In this document: one piece after another, positions 1-9,487 of the stretch
Layout: each line of letters opens with the position of its first letter
How positions within the stretch are numbered: position 1 is the first letter of the stretch
Origin: Minisyncoccota bacterium
Lineage (GTDB): Bacteria; Patescibacteriota; Minisyncoccia; Phycocordibacterales; GWA1-40-21
Direction: 5' to 3'
Length of the DNA: 64,000 bases
Assembly: GCA_041674925.1 (NCBI GenBank)
Contig: JBAYUW010000004.1
Location: 482-64,481 of the forward strand
Translations under genes and position numbers: made by a program
Notes under the pieces: model-generated
The model's input: only the letters and a program-made list of their open reading frames with translations
The model's database searches: none
Told to the model about the DNA's origin: nothing

Positions 1-377
1 ATTCGAGCATAATGTCCAGTGGCGACATAATCAGCGCCTTTTTTCATGGCCCAATCAAAAAATCCACCGAATTTAATATATTTATTACACATCACATCTG
101 GGTTCGGTGTACGACCGTTTTTATATTCCGAGATCATATAATCAACTACTTCTTTTTTGTATTCTTTTTCTAGATCGAGAGTATAAAAAGGAATTTTTAG
201 TTTGGCACACACCCGCATGGCATCCAGACGGTCTTCTTTCCAAGTACAGGCGTAAAAATCCGGCTGCCAGACTTTAATAAAGACACCAGTGACATCATAA
301 CCCTGGGACAACAAAAGAGCCGCCGAGACCGACGAATCGACTCCACCTGATAAACCGACAAATACTTTCTGACGCAT
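1..377 (-). CDS. mnmA: tRNA 2-thiouridine synthase MnmA, N-terminal part (gene runs off left edge)
   Basis: Own translation from ATG at 377: [22 protein letters not shown] (PP-loop SGGxDS) ... CNKYIKFG ... ATGHYAR. Absent from ORF track because it is truncated by the window edge. Confidence 0.85.
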   Translation of the reverse strand, partial: MRQKVFVGLSGGVDSSVSAALLLSQGYDVTGVFIKVWQPDFYACTWKEDRLDAMRVCAKLKIPFYTLDLEKEYKKEVVDYMISEYKNGRTPNPDVMCNKYIKFGGFFDWAMKKGADYVATGHYAR

Positions 378-381
378 ATTG

Positions 382-1338
382 TTATCTTAAGTATAATTCT
401 TTATTTTGCAAATGTTGCTGGTAGGTTTTAGCATAATGCATTTTGCCTTTATTGTCGGATAAGAAGTATAAATAATCAGTTTTAGTTGGAGTGACGGTCG
501 CTTTGATGGCGCCTAAACCTGGATTGGCAATCGGTGTTGGTGGCAAACCCTTGTATAAATAACTATTATAAGGCGAATCAATTTTCAAATCGTCCAAAGT
601 CAGACCGCTTGTAGTCTTTCCATTAATATATTTGAATGAAACATCAACTTGGAGTGGCATGCCTATCTCCAACCTTTTCCATAAAATCCCGGCAACAGTT
701 TGTCGGCTTTCCATGGTTCTAGCTTCACGTTCGACAATCGAGGCCATCTTTATAATATCTGATAACGGTTTATCAAAAGCGGTAATTTCTGCATTTAAAG
801 TTGTAATTTTCTTTTCAAAATTACTTTTCAACGCTTTGATGATATCACTCGATTCTACATTCGGTAAGAATAAATAGGTATCGGGAAATAAATAACCTTC
901 ATCTGATTTTGCGAGATCGATAAATGATTTTTGATCGACTTTACTAAATTTCGATGATAGCAGCTCGGCCAGATCCATCACATTCAGTCCTTCTTGAATC
1001 GTAACTTTAACTGCCTCCAAATTATAATCCCCTCGCGCCAAACGATATGCGAGCGTGATAGTATTTTCTCGGTGAGACAAAGCATAATCACCCGCCATAA
1101 TACCTTTTGTTCCACCAACTAAAACTGAGAAAGTTTTAAACCAAAATGGTGATCGAATAATTTTCTTGGTATTTAAGTCTTCAGACACTAAGTTTAAACC
1201 ACTACCAGTTGGTACAATATAAAGTGAACCGACCGGAAATTCTTTCGGCGAATCTAGAAATATGAAAAAGGTCGAGGCAGACAAGATTAAAATTACAATG
1301 ATAATGATCAGGATAATTGCTAATCTGGTCAGTCTCAT
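382..1338 (-). CDS. mltG: endolytic murein transglycosylase MltG (YceG-like)
   Basis: 318 aa with N-terminal TM helix. YceG-type motifs [10 protein letters not shown] and [20 protein letters not shown]. Confidence 0.85.
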   Translation of the reverse strand: MRLTRLAIILIIIIVILILSASTFFIFLDSPKEFPVGSLYIVPTGSGLNLVSEDLNTKKIIRSPFWFKTFSVLVGGTKGIMAGDYALSHRENTITLAYRLARGDYNLEAVKVTIQEGLNVMDLAELLSSKFSKVDQKSFIDLAKSDEGYLFPDTYLFLPNVESSDIIKALKSNFEKKITTLNAEITAFDKPLSDIIKMASIVEREARTMESRQTVAGILWKRLEIGMPLQVDVSFKYINGKTTSGLTLDDLKIDSPYNSYLYKGLPPTPIANPGLGAIKATVTPTKTDYLYFLSDNKGKMHYAKTYQQHLQNKELYLR

Positions 1339-1340
1339 AG

Positions 1341-2621
1341 CTATTTCTTAATTGGCAGATTGGCTGGTGGCTCGCTTTTCTTGGAAGCAATTTTAGCCAA
1401 AGTTGGAGTGGCCGAGACATTGCCTGGGAAGTGGAAAATTGTAGCTAACTCTTCAGTATTTAATATGAAAGGATTTTGTTTATAATGTTTGTATGGTGGA
1501 AAAAAGAAAGAACGCAGACGATAAGCATTGAACATCTCCTTTCGGTATTTTTCCTGCTGACGATCACGAGCCGGCAATAGAAATGGAAATATGGTACACC
1601 AATCTTTAAAGGCGTCCGAAGTATCAGTATAAAATTTCATTTTAAAACCATTTAAGGTTTGTGAATTGTATTGCCTCATCGAGCCAATCAGACCAGAGAT
1701 ATACGAAGGATTAAAACTTTCTTTTTCTGCTAAATAGAAACCACGAAGCATAGTATCGAAAGACATCTTACCGAGACTTCTTTCGATCGCATTAATTGTC
1801 TCAATCTGACCTTTGGTTGGATTTGGGAAACCAGGAAAATCACCAGTTGTCTTGGGAGTGGCTTCCTCTCTAATTTTATCGATTTCAGCTTTAGCCTCAC
1901 CGGTCCAATCAACTTTCTCTACCAAACGATGATTCTTCAAATCTTCTTTACTATGCATCTTGATTAAAATTTGCATCCAGATTTGATTTCCTTTAGTAGC
2001 TGAACCCAAAAATTCCAAAACTGCCGTCATCGGATCAATTTGGTATCCTTCTTTTTGATCTTTTTCCATACCATAATCAACATAAGTCTTGATGGGATAA
2101 ATATCTTTTTTTAAGAGTTTGAATTGATTACCCCAGATAATGTGTTTGGCTGGATCATAAACAAACTTTTTCACATAATCCTTCTCCGGTGGTACTTCAT
2201 AGATTTCCACGGTCGGATATTGAGCGTAAATTTGGGCCTCAAGAATTTTTTTAAATTTCGGCTCTGATGACCAAATATAAAAATGAACTTGGCCCTCAAT
2301 AGAGACAAGCTCTAATGAAAACCAGCCTTTCACCTTTCCCTGCAAATATGCTTCGGTATAAGTGGCCGCCCCAGTTGCCTGCATGGCACCAAAAATAATC
2401 TCCATCGCCAAAGGAGATTTCAAAATATCTTTAGGAATTCTGATTTCAAATAAAAAAGATTTCAGATTAGAAATATATTTCATCTGAACGTGTCTCACCC
2501 ACAACAAGACAGAAATATAGATTAAAATAAACGGCACAACGACCGGTGAAATCAAAAAAAGCATTCGATAAATCAAGGGCAGGATCTCGGTATTGAATTT
2601 AATTAAAAGATCCAAGAACAT
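1341..2621 (-). CDS. hypothetical membrane-anchored protein
   Basis: 426-aa ORF with N-terminal hydrophobic helices and no motif I recognise. A 2-nt gap to mltG suggests an operon. Confidence 0.5.
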   Translation of the reverse strand: MFLDLLIKFNTEILPLIYRMLFLISPVVVPFILIYISVLLWVRHVQMKYISNLKSFLFEIRIPKDILKSPLAMEIIFGAMQATGAATYTEAYLQGKVKGWFSLELVSIEGQVHFYIWSSEPKFKKILEAQIYAQYPTVEIYEVPPEKDYVKKFVYDPAKHIIWGNQFKLLKKDIYPIKTYVDYGMEKDQKEGYQIDPMTAVLEFLGSATKGNQIWMQILIKMHSKEDLKNHRLVEKVDWTGEAKAEIDKIREEATPKTTGDFPGFPNPTKGQIETINAIERSLGKMSFDTMLRGFYLAEKESFNPSYISGLIGSMRQYNSQTLNGFKMKFYTDTSDAFKDWCTIFPFLLPARDRQQEKYRKEMFNAYRLRSFFFPPYKHYKQNPFILNTEELATIFHFPGNVSATPTLAKIASKKSEPPANLPIKK

Positions 2622-2642
2622 GCATCTATTGTAGCACAGGAG

Positions 2643-3680
2643 CTATTTGCTGACAATTTCGTACTTGCCTTCTTTGTTCTTTTTGAAATATTTAGGATTC
2701 TGAAGATTGATGATAATGGTGTTTTCTTTGACGTATCTTTCCTTCAAAACTTTTTCTACCACTTCGGCTTTAGATAAAGGACCATTTTTGTCGATGATTT
2801 TTTTAATCACATCTTTGACCACTCCACTCATATAACCCCATTCAGCCAAAGCATATAAACCACGACCCACTAGGACAAAGCGTGGATCTTTGATTAATTC
2901 ATTGTGGCAAGTTGCGACATGAGCTTTAATTTTGAAAACTTCGGTGATAACCTTGGCCACCTCTCGAAAGTGAATTGGAGAACCGTGTTTACGAATAATT
3001 AAATATGCGTAATCACGCATACCCTTGGTACTAATACTGGAAGACTCACTCTTTCCCCATTCGCCGAGAGGATTTCTGCCGATTTTTTTAGACAAAGACA
3101 ACCAGCGTTTAGCTATTTCTTCATTTTTAAATTTCTCGGAAACATCTTCAATTTGCTCCAAAAAGGCTTTGATGATATCAGGTTCAGAAAGTAAATCGTC
3201 GTCTTTTAGAGTACTGTAAAGTTTGCGTAGAGCATTATGTACTTTCTCTGACAGAGAACTGTCAATAAACCAACGGTGTTTAAAATCATCATCTTCTTTG
3301 ATTTTAGTAAAAGGATGTCCAACGACTAAAATAAAGTTCATATGACTTTGAATCGAAGCGTCATGAGAGACGTGATCTAATAGATCTTGTTCAACGACAA
3401 TTCCACCGAGTGAATGAATCACCTCTTCCACTTCATCAAAAGCAGATTTCTCTTCAGTATATTGTTTAGACTTTCGAATGATGGCCAAAGCATGATTTTC
3501 AATCTGTCGAACTCTTTCTCGGGTGATTCCATAAGTCTGTCCGATGGCATCGAGAGTCATTGGTTCAGGATCTTTACCGAGACCATAGCGCTTGATCATG
3601 ACATCTTTAGAGCGAGTTGAAAGAGCGTCGATCAATCTCTTGGTGACTTGCTTAGGCTTGAAATTTATTGTCGTTGACAT
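2643..3680 (-). CDS. sigma-70 region 4 (HTH) domain protein with unknown C-terminal domain
   Basis: N-terminus MTLDAIGQTYGITRERVRQIENHAL matches the sigma region 4.2 HTH. Regions 2 and 3 are absent. Confidence 0.6.
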   Translation of the reverse strand: MSTTINFKPKQVTKRLIDALSTRSKDVMIKRYGLGKDPEPMTLDAIGQTYGITRERVRQIENHALAIIRKSKQYTEEKSAFDEVEEVIHSLGGIVVEQDLLDHVSHDASIQSHMNFILVVGHPFTKIKEDDDFKHRWFIDSSLSEKVHNALRKLYSTLKDDDLLSEPDIIKAFLEQIEDVSEKFKNEEIAKRWLSLSKKIGRNPLGEWGKSESSSISTKGMRDYAYLIIRKHGSPIHFREVAKVITEVFKIKAHVATCHNELIKDPRFVLVGRGLYALAEWGYMSGVVKDVIKKIIDKNGPLSKAEVVEKVLKERYVKENTIIINLQNPKYFKKNKEGKYEIVSK

Positions 3681-3726
3681 AAAATAATAAAATTACTGTT
3701 TTGACTAATAATAATGTCTTAAGTCT

Positions 3727-3755
3727 AGTATAGCACCGTTCTAATTTTAAGTCAA
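3727..3755 (-). promoter_or_regulatory. sigma70-type promoter TTGACT-N17-TATACT
   Basis: Minus strand reads TTGACTtaaaattagaacggtgcTATACT, about 40 nt upstream of the ATG at 3680. Confidence 0.6.
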
Positions 3756-3758
3756 ACC

Positions 3759-6602
3759 CTAATCGGTGATAATTGCCAAAATACGTCCTTTGATGAATAG
3801 TTTCTTTTTTATCTGCTTATCTGTTAGCCATTTAGTGACATCAGTAATTTTTAATGCTTCAGTTTCCACATCATTTTGATTGGATCCCGTTGGCATTTCA
3901 AAATTTGCTCGAGCTTTACCATTTATTTGCACCACGATTGTCATCATGTCGGACACAATCTTTTTTGGATCAAAGGTCGGCCATTTCTCTAAATGAATCG
4001 ATTTTTTGTGTCCCAAATTCGCCCAAATCTCTTCGGTCATATGGGGAGCAAAAGGAGACAACAATTTTAGAATTGCCTCATAATTTTTCTTACTAGTTCC
4101 TTCTTTTTCTGCCAAATTAACCAAGATCATAAAGGCAGAAATGGCTGTGTTGAAATTAAAACCAAGAATATCTTCGGTAACTTTTTTGATTGTCTTATGC
4201 AACAAAGTTTCGAAATCAGATGAGTTTTTTTCTGTAATTTTTTCTTGTAATTTCCAGACTTTTTCCAAAAATCTTCTTGAGCCCACCATATTATTAGTAC
4301 TCCAAGCAATTTCCTGATCAAATGGACCCATAAAACTTTCATATACGCGTAAGGTATCGGCGCCCACATCACGGACGACATCATCTGGGTTAACCACATT
4401 CCCCCAACGCTTGCTCATTTTACGGCCATCAGCTCCAAGAATCATTCCCAAATTTCTTAATTTGATAAACGGTTCTTTATAGTTCACGACGCCAACATCA
4501 TACAGAAACTTATGCCAGAATCGTGCGTAGATAAGATGACGAGTATTGTGTTCACCACCACCAACATAGAGATCGATCGGTGACCAATATTTTTCCTTTT
4601 TCTTATCAACTAAAACTTTTTTATTTTTTGGATCAATGTATCTCAAATAATACCAAGAAGAACCGGCCCATTGGGGCATGGTATTAGTCTCTCTTTTAGC
4701 TTTACCCTTACATTTAGGACATTTAACATTGACCCATTTATCAATTTTTGCCAGTGGCGACTCCCCGGTTCCGGTCGGTTCGTAAAATTTAACTTTTGGT
4801 AATTTTAAAGGTAATTCTTTCTCTGGTACCGGTACAACTCCACATTTTTCACAATGGATAAGTGGAATCGGCTCACCCCAATAACGCTGTCTTGAAAACA
4901 CCCAGTCTTTTAATTTGTAAGTCACTTTTTCCTGTCCATCGGCTGATTCGGTAATTTTTTTCTTAGCTTCTTCACTGTCTAGACCGTCAAATTGGCCGGA
5001 ATTAATAATCTTTCCTTGACCAGTAAAACAATCTTGACCAGTCTTATAAACTTGCCACATATATTTAAAAGCTTCGAGGTTCAGCCAGCCTTCCATTTTA
5101 TCAGCATCAATCCAAACTGTATTATGATTTTTTGTCTCTTCCTCTTTAATTTCTTCTTTATGTTCATCTATTAATTCAAACAAAAAGCCCTGTCCAATAC
5201 CATAACGATTAATATCCTTATGTGCGGCAAAAAAATGATTATGCTGTTCTCCACCCAGTTCTTTAATAAGTTTAATATTTACATACCCAGTTTCTTCTTT
5301 AACTTCACGGATTGCTGCATCCCTAAAACTTTCACCTTCTTCAAGCCCTCCAATAATACCAGAACGCCAACCAAATTTACCCCAGTCTAAACACAAAAAC
5401 TTGTTAGTTTTTTTGTTAAAAACTAGAGCATAGGCTGTTTTTCTTGCGACGGTTTCTTTATCTGCACGAACTTGATCTTGGTCGTTCTCAGATTTTATGA
5501 AAAAGGGAGCAATCACCTGTTTGACTGGCAAGTTATATTTTTTGGCAAAAGCAAAATCACGTTCGTCGTGGGCAGGGACAGCCATAACCGCGCCGGTGCC
5601 ATAATTTGCCAAAACATAATCGGCAATCCAGACCGGTAGAATTTCTTTAGTTAATGGATGTTTCGCCTCGACACCAAGCAATTGAATACCATTTTTAGGT
5701 TTATCAACTGCCGTTCTCTCAATTTCTGTTTTATTTTTTAGATCAACAATATATTTTTCGACTTCTTTCCAGTTTTTGATTAAAGGTTTTAATTTTTGGA
5801 CTAAATTACTTTCAGGAGACAAAACCAGATAAGTTACTCCAAACAAAGTATCTGGTCTGGTTGTGAAAACTCGAATTTTTTCTTCAGAATTTTTTACATT
5901 AAACCAAAGCTCTGACCCTTCACTTCGTCCAATCCAGTGCCTCTGGGCTTCTTTGACATTCTCCGGCCAGTCTTTTAACAAGTTTAAATCATTAAGAAGG
6001 CGATCAGCGTAATTGGTAATTTTAATTACCCACTGACGCAATGGCTTCTTTTCAATTTCTGTTCCACATCGTTCACATTTAGTACCATCCAAATCTTCGT
6101 TTGCCAAACCAGTTTTACATGATGGGCACCAATTGATTGGTTCATTACTTTCATAGACCAAACCCTTTTTATACATTTGTAAAAAGGCCCATTGTGTCCA
6201 TTTATAGTAATTTGGATCAGTCGTATTAATTTCTCGATCCCAATCATAATTCAAGCCGAGTATCTCAATCTGTTCTTTGTAGCGGGCCACATTTTTTTTA
6301 TCCATCACCATCGGATTAACTTTCATTTTGATGGCATAATTTTCTGCTGGCAAACCAAAAGCATCCCAACCCATTGGGTGTAAAACATTAAAGCCTTGCA
6401 TTCTTTTATAGCGCGAATAGATATCAGTGGCGACAAAACCGCGAGGATGACCGACGTGCAAACCCTGTCCAGACGGATAAGGAAACATATCCAAAATATA
6501 AAATTTTGGTTTATTATTTTTATTTTGTGTTTTATTTACGCCTTTCTTCTCCCAAACTTTTCGCCACTTCGGCTCTATCTTTTTATGATCGTAATTTTTC
6601 AT
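3759..6602 (-). CDS. leuS: leucyl-tRNA synthetase with an inserted NUDIX domain
   Basis: 947 aa with HVGH, CP1 editing motifs TTRPDT and GTGAVMAVPAHDERD, and KMSKR. An extra ~160 aa (aa ~365-528) contains a perfect NUDIX box. Confidence 0.9.
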   Translation of the reverse strand: MKNYDHKKIEPKWRKVWEKKGVNKTQNKNNKPKFYILDMFPYPSGQGLHVGHPRGFVATDIYSRYKRMQGFNVLHPMGWDAFGLPAENYAIKMKVNPMVMDKKNVARYKEQIEILGLNYDWDREINTTDPNYYKWTQWAFLQMYKKGLVYESNEPINWCPSCKTGLANEDLDGTKCERCGTEIEKKPLRQWVIKITNYADRLLNDLNLLKDWPENVKEAQRHWIGRSEGSELWFNVKNSEEKIRVFTTRPDTLFGVTYLVLSPESNLVQKLKPLIKNWKEVEKYIVDLKNKTEIERTAVDKPKNGIQLLGVEAKHPLTKEILPVWIADYVLANYGTGAVMAVPAHDERDFAFAKKYNLPVKQVIAPFFIKSENDQDQVRADKETVARKTAYALVFNKKTNKFLCLDWGKFGWRSGIIGGLEEGESFRDAAIREVKEETGYVNIKLIKELGGEQHNHFFAAHKDINRYGIGQGFLFELIDEHKEEIKEEETKNHNTVWIDADKMEGWLNLEAFKYMWQVYKTGQDCFTGQGKIINSGQFDGLDSEEAKKKITESADGQEKVTYKLKDWVFSRQRYWGEPIPLIHCEKCGVVPVPEKELPLKLPKVKFYEPTGTGESPLAKIDKWVNVKCPKCKGKAKRETNTMPQWAGSSWYYLRYIDPKNKKVLVDKKKEKYWSPIDLYVGGGEHNTRHLIYARFWHKFLYDVGVVNYKEPFIKLRNLGMILGADGRKMSKRWGNVVNPDDVVRDVGADTLRVYESFMGPFDQEIAWSTNNMVGSRRFLEKVWKLQEKITEKNSSDFETLLHKTIKKVTEDILGFNFNTAISAFMILVNLAEKEGTSKKNYEAILKLLSPFAPHMTEEIWANLGHKKSIHLEKWPTFDPKKIVSDMMTIVVQINGKARANFEMPTGSNQNDVETEALKITDVTKWLTDKQIKKKLFIKGRILAIITD

Positions 6603-6617
6603 AAGAAATAAATAATA

Positions 6618-7529
6618 TTAGATCTTGGTTGGTAGTTCTCCAGCGATGCGATCAAAACAGGTTCGTCCGACACCATGTTTCCATAAATCAGAATTTGGAT
6701 AAGTCTTAATTTTATCAGAACTATCGGCTGAAAAAGTCGCGCAGAGCTCGTATTTATTAGCAGAAATTAGACGGTACTCATAATCAGTGGCAGTTTTTGG
6801 ATCTTTTAGACTAGAAAGATAATAAGTGGAGCCTTGTGACAAAATATTCAAGTCTTTTGGCAGAGTATTATCATTGTTTCGATAATAATCTAAAACAGCA
6901 TTTTGAATATTTGATAAATCATTTGTTCGCTGCTCATCAAGACGAATATTTCTTTGGGTGGTAGGTGAACCGATGGCTAAAATTCCAACCACGATTACAA
7001 TCAGGACAATGACACTGGTAAAATATGATAGATATTTTCTCTTAGGAGTTGCGATTGTCACATCACGACGAAGTTCGTAAAGATAAAAACGAAAGACTGC
7101 AAAAGTAATAACAAACACAACTAGAACTTTTAGCAAGAAACGCAGAGTCAAATCTTCGCCACCAATAAAACGATAGACTAAAGTAACGAGGTCAACAGCC
7201 ATCGCTAGACCAGTCAGAAATAGTGTCAAAAAGAAAAACCAACGTCGCACCCAGAGGTCTTTTTTTTCTGGTGTAATTATGACTGCTTTAGTGCTTAGTT
7301 TAGATAGATAAATAAAGACTGGGAAGAAAATGATCAGAGCGGCCAGTGACATTCTTAGACTTTCAGCTGAATAATCATAACTATAAAGAGCTGTAGGATC
7401 TGGCAACCATTTATTTATCAAACTCATCAAGGTGCTGATTAGACTAAAGGTGCTGACATATAAACCAATAATGATGCCGAGATAGATAAAGAAATCCCCC
7501 GCTGTTGTCTTAACTTTAGTTTGATCCAT
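6618..7529 (-). CDS. multi-pass membrane protein (DUF5671-like) with pilin-like C-terminal domain
   Basis: 303 aa. The N-terminal half has 5-6 hydrophobic helices. The C-terminal part LSNIQNAVLDYYRNN..YELCATF resembles pseudopilin-type folds. Confidence 0.5.
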   Translation of the reverse strand: MDQTKVKTTAGDFFIYLGIIIGLYVSTFSLISTLMSLINKWLPDPTALYSYDYSAESLRMSLAALIIFFPVFIYLSKLSTKAVIITPEKKDLWVRRWFFFLTLFLTGLAMAVDLVTLVYRFIGGEDLTLRFLLKVLVVFVITFAVFRFYLYELRRDVTIATPKRKYLSYFTSVIVLIVIVVGILAIGSPTTQRNIRLDEQRTNDLSNIQNAVLDYYRNNDNTLPKDLNILSQGSTYYLSSLKDPKTATDYEYRLISANKYELCATFSADSSDKIKTYPNSDLWKHGVGRTCFDRIAGELPTKI

Positions 7530-7558
7530 AAAATTTATAATTAGTTGATAATGTTTAA

Positions 7559-8656
7559 TTATATCTTAAACTCTATAACATCGCCATCTTTAACCACATA
7601 CTCCTTACCCTCAGTTTTAATAAGCCCCTTCTCACGAGCGATGCCGTATGAACCAGCGGAAAGTAACACATCCCAATGTATAACTTCAGCTTTAACAAAC
7701 TTTTCCTTAAAATCGGCGTGAATTGCCGTTCCGGCCTCTGGTGCCTTCCAACCCTTTTTAATTGTCCAAGCGCGCGTCTCGTCTTCGCCGGTAGTGAAAT
7801 AAGTAATTAAACCCAAAATATCATAACCAGTTTTTATCAATTCATTTATTCCATCATCCTTCACTCCCAATCCTTCTTTCATCTCTTTCTTCTCAATATC
7901 AGTCATCTCTTTCATATCATGCTCAATCCCCGCATCAACAATCACATACTTTGAATTACTTTCTTTAAAGAATTTTATGAGCTTTTCCCAACGCTCATCT
8001 TTTGTCTCATCTAAATTTATTCCACCGGCTTTTTTGTTTAGAACGTAAATAATTGGCTTCATCGTCAAAAGATGTAATGAACGAACAGCTAAAATTTCTT
8101 TTTCATCAAACTGAATCGTGTTCGCCAATTTTCCTTCTTCAAAAATCTTTTCTAATTTCAATAAAGCACCGTGTTCAATCACCGCTTCCTTTTTTCCACT
8201 TTTAATTTCTCGACTGATATTGCCAATTCTTTTTGACACAGTTTGCATATCAGCGAGAATAAGTTCGAGATTGATGACCTCGATATCTTTCATCGGGTCA
8301 ATTTTCCCGTCGACGTGAATGATATTCGTATCTTCAAAAATTCGCACGACTTCGGCAATCGCATCGGTTTCTCTAATATTCGTTAAAAATTGATTACCTA
8401 GGCCTTCACCGGTCGAAGCACCTTTCACTAAACCAGCAATATCAACAAATTCCACTGCTGCCGGGATTTTTTTAGCTGATTTTGAAAATTCATTAAGCTT
8501 TTCCAAACGTTCATCGGGCACGGCCACCACACCGACTGAAGGATCAATCGTCGCAAAAGGATAATTAGCCACCAAAACACTCTTGCGCGTCAGCGCATTA
8601 AATAAAGTACTTTTTCCTACATTTGGTAAACCCACGATTCCGATTTTTAGATCCAT
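7559..8656 (-). CDS. ychF: ribosome-binding ATPase YchF
   Basis: 365 aa with P-loop [15 protein letters not shown] and a TGS-type C-terminus KDGDVIEFK. Confidence 0.9.
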   Translation of the reverse strand: MDLKIGIVGLPNVGKSTLFNALTRKSVLVANYPFATIDPSVGVVAVPDERLEKLNEFSKSAKKIPAAVEFVDIAGLVKGASTGEGLGNQFLTNIRETDAIAEVVRIFEDTNIIHVDGKIDPMKDIEVINLELILADMQTVSKRIGNISREIKSGKKEAVIEHGALLKLEKIFEEGKLANTIQFDEKEILAVRSLHLLTMKPIIYVLNKKAGGINLDETKDERWEKLIKFFKESNSKYVIVDAGIEHDMKEMTDIEKKEMKEGLGVKDDGINELIKTGYDILGLITYFTTGEDETRAWTIKKGWKAPEAGTAIHADFKEKFVKAEVIHWDVLLSAGSYGIAREKGLIKTEGKEYVVKDGDVIEFKI

Positions 8657-8701
8657 GTTTTTATACTCAAAATATAGCTTAAAATAAGGATAAAATATAG
8701 C

Positions 8702-8730
8702 TTGACTTTTAGACTAAAAGGTGCTATACT
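8702..8730 (+). promoter_or_regulatory. sigma70-type promoter TTGACT-N17-TATACT (cassette A)
   Basis: TTGACTtttagactaaaaggtgcTATACT, followed by a ~35-nt leader and SD GGGAGG. Confidence 0.6.
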
Positions 8731-8771
8731 TATATAGAAAAGTTGAACATTGTCAGTTACGGGAGGTGTAC

Positions 8772-8915
8772 ATGAACAACCTGAAGCTTTTGGTAGAGGT
8801 GTTGTTTGACAACGGTCACTGGCTGATCCCCATGGCCTTTCTGGTCTATGGGATCATGAGCTGCGACTTCAACAATCCCATGGACTGGATTCCGGGTTTC
8901 ATGGCGTATCGGTAA
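8772..8915 (+). CDS. small hydrophobic protein, 47 aa (GC-rich cassette A)
   Basis: ATG 8 nt after GGGAGG: MNNLKLLVEVLFDNGHWLIPMAFLVYGIMSC.. Own promoter and terminator. In frame with track ORF 8721-8915. Confidence 0.5.
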   Translation: MNNLKLLVEVLFDNGHWLIPMAFLVYGIMSCDFNNPMDWIPGFMAYR

Positions 8916-8920
8916 TCTCA

Positions 8921-8974
8921 GCCGCCCTCACAGGCAAGGAATTCCGCCTTGCTTGTGGGGGCGGTTTTTCTTTT
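8921..8974 (+). terminator. rho-independent terminator
   Basis: Long stem CCGCCCTCACAGGCAAGG / CCTTGCTTGTGGGGGCGG followed by TTTTTCTTTT. Confidence 0.75.
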
Positions 8975-9003
8975 GGTAATAAAATTAATTTAAAAATATC
9001 AGA

Positions 9004-9423
9004 CTAAAACCTCACAGTGATTTCCAAGGCATCATCATGCTCAGGCAGACCAGAAGGATTATCTTTTTTCAAAATTAAAGAACCGGTCGAGCCATAACCT
9101 GGTTTAGCAAAATTTAGTGTTGCTGTAAACGGAACAAATTCCGTCGTCATCCATTCGCCTTCTGCTTGTGCTATTCCTTGAGCAATTATGAGCCCATCCC
9201 AATCTGTTAAAAAGACCGGAAAGCTGGCTTCAAAAAACCAATTCCCTCGTGCCTCACCTTTAATAATTAATGGACTTGCAATGAAGGTATTTGCCGTCGG
9301 AGTAAAGAGATGAATTTTATCATTCGCAGGATTTTCGTTGGGTGGAATATTTTTACTAATTAAAGCAATTATTAAAATCAGGACCGCCAGACCAATGCAT
9401 ACATAATAAATTATTTTTTTCAT
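9004..9423 (-). CDS. secreted/anchored Ig-like (Gmad2-type) domain protein
   Basis: 139 aa with N-terminal TM. KGEARGNWFFEASFPVFLTDWDG.. resembles Gmad2 immunoglobulin-like domains. Confidence 0.5.
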   Translation of the reverse strand: MKKIIYYVCIGLAVLILIIALISKNIPPNENPANDKIHLFTPTANTFIASPLIIKGEARGNWFFEASFPVFLTDWDGLIIAQGIAQAEGEWMTTEFVPFTATLNFAKPGYGSTGSLILKKDNPSGLPEHDDALEITVRF

Positions 9424-9431
9424 ACTGTTAC

Positions 9432-9440
9432 ATTATATCA
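9432..9440 (-). promoter_or_regulatory. extended -10 box TGaTATAAT, 8 nt before ATG (leaderless-type)
   Basis: Minus strand: ctGaTATAATgtaacagtATG. No SD between box and start. Confidence 0.5.
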
Positions 9441-9477
9441 GAAAATAGAAAAACCGCCGGGTCTCAAACCGGCGGTT
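9441..9477 (-). terminator. rho-independent terminator of the ABC exporter gene
   Basis: Minus strand ACCGCCGGtttgagaCCCGGCGGT followed by TTTTTCTATTTT. Confidence 0.7.
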
Positions 9478-9487
9478 TCGTTAAAGA

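Noticed and set aside
8669-8703. 12-nt direct repeat AAAATATAGCTT x2 in the ychF / cassette A divergent region
   Set aside because: It is short and AT-rich and overlaps -10/-35-like sequence. This is probably promoter duplication or chance, and too weak to call an operator.
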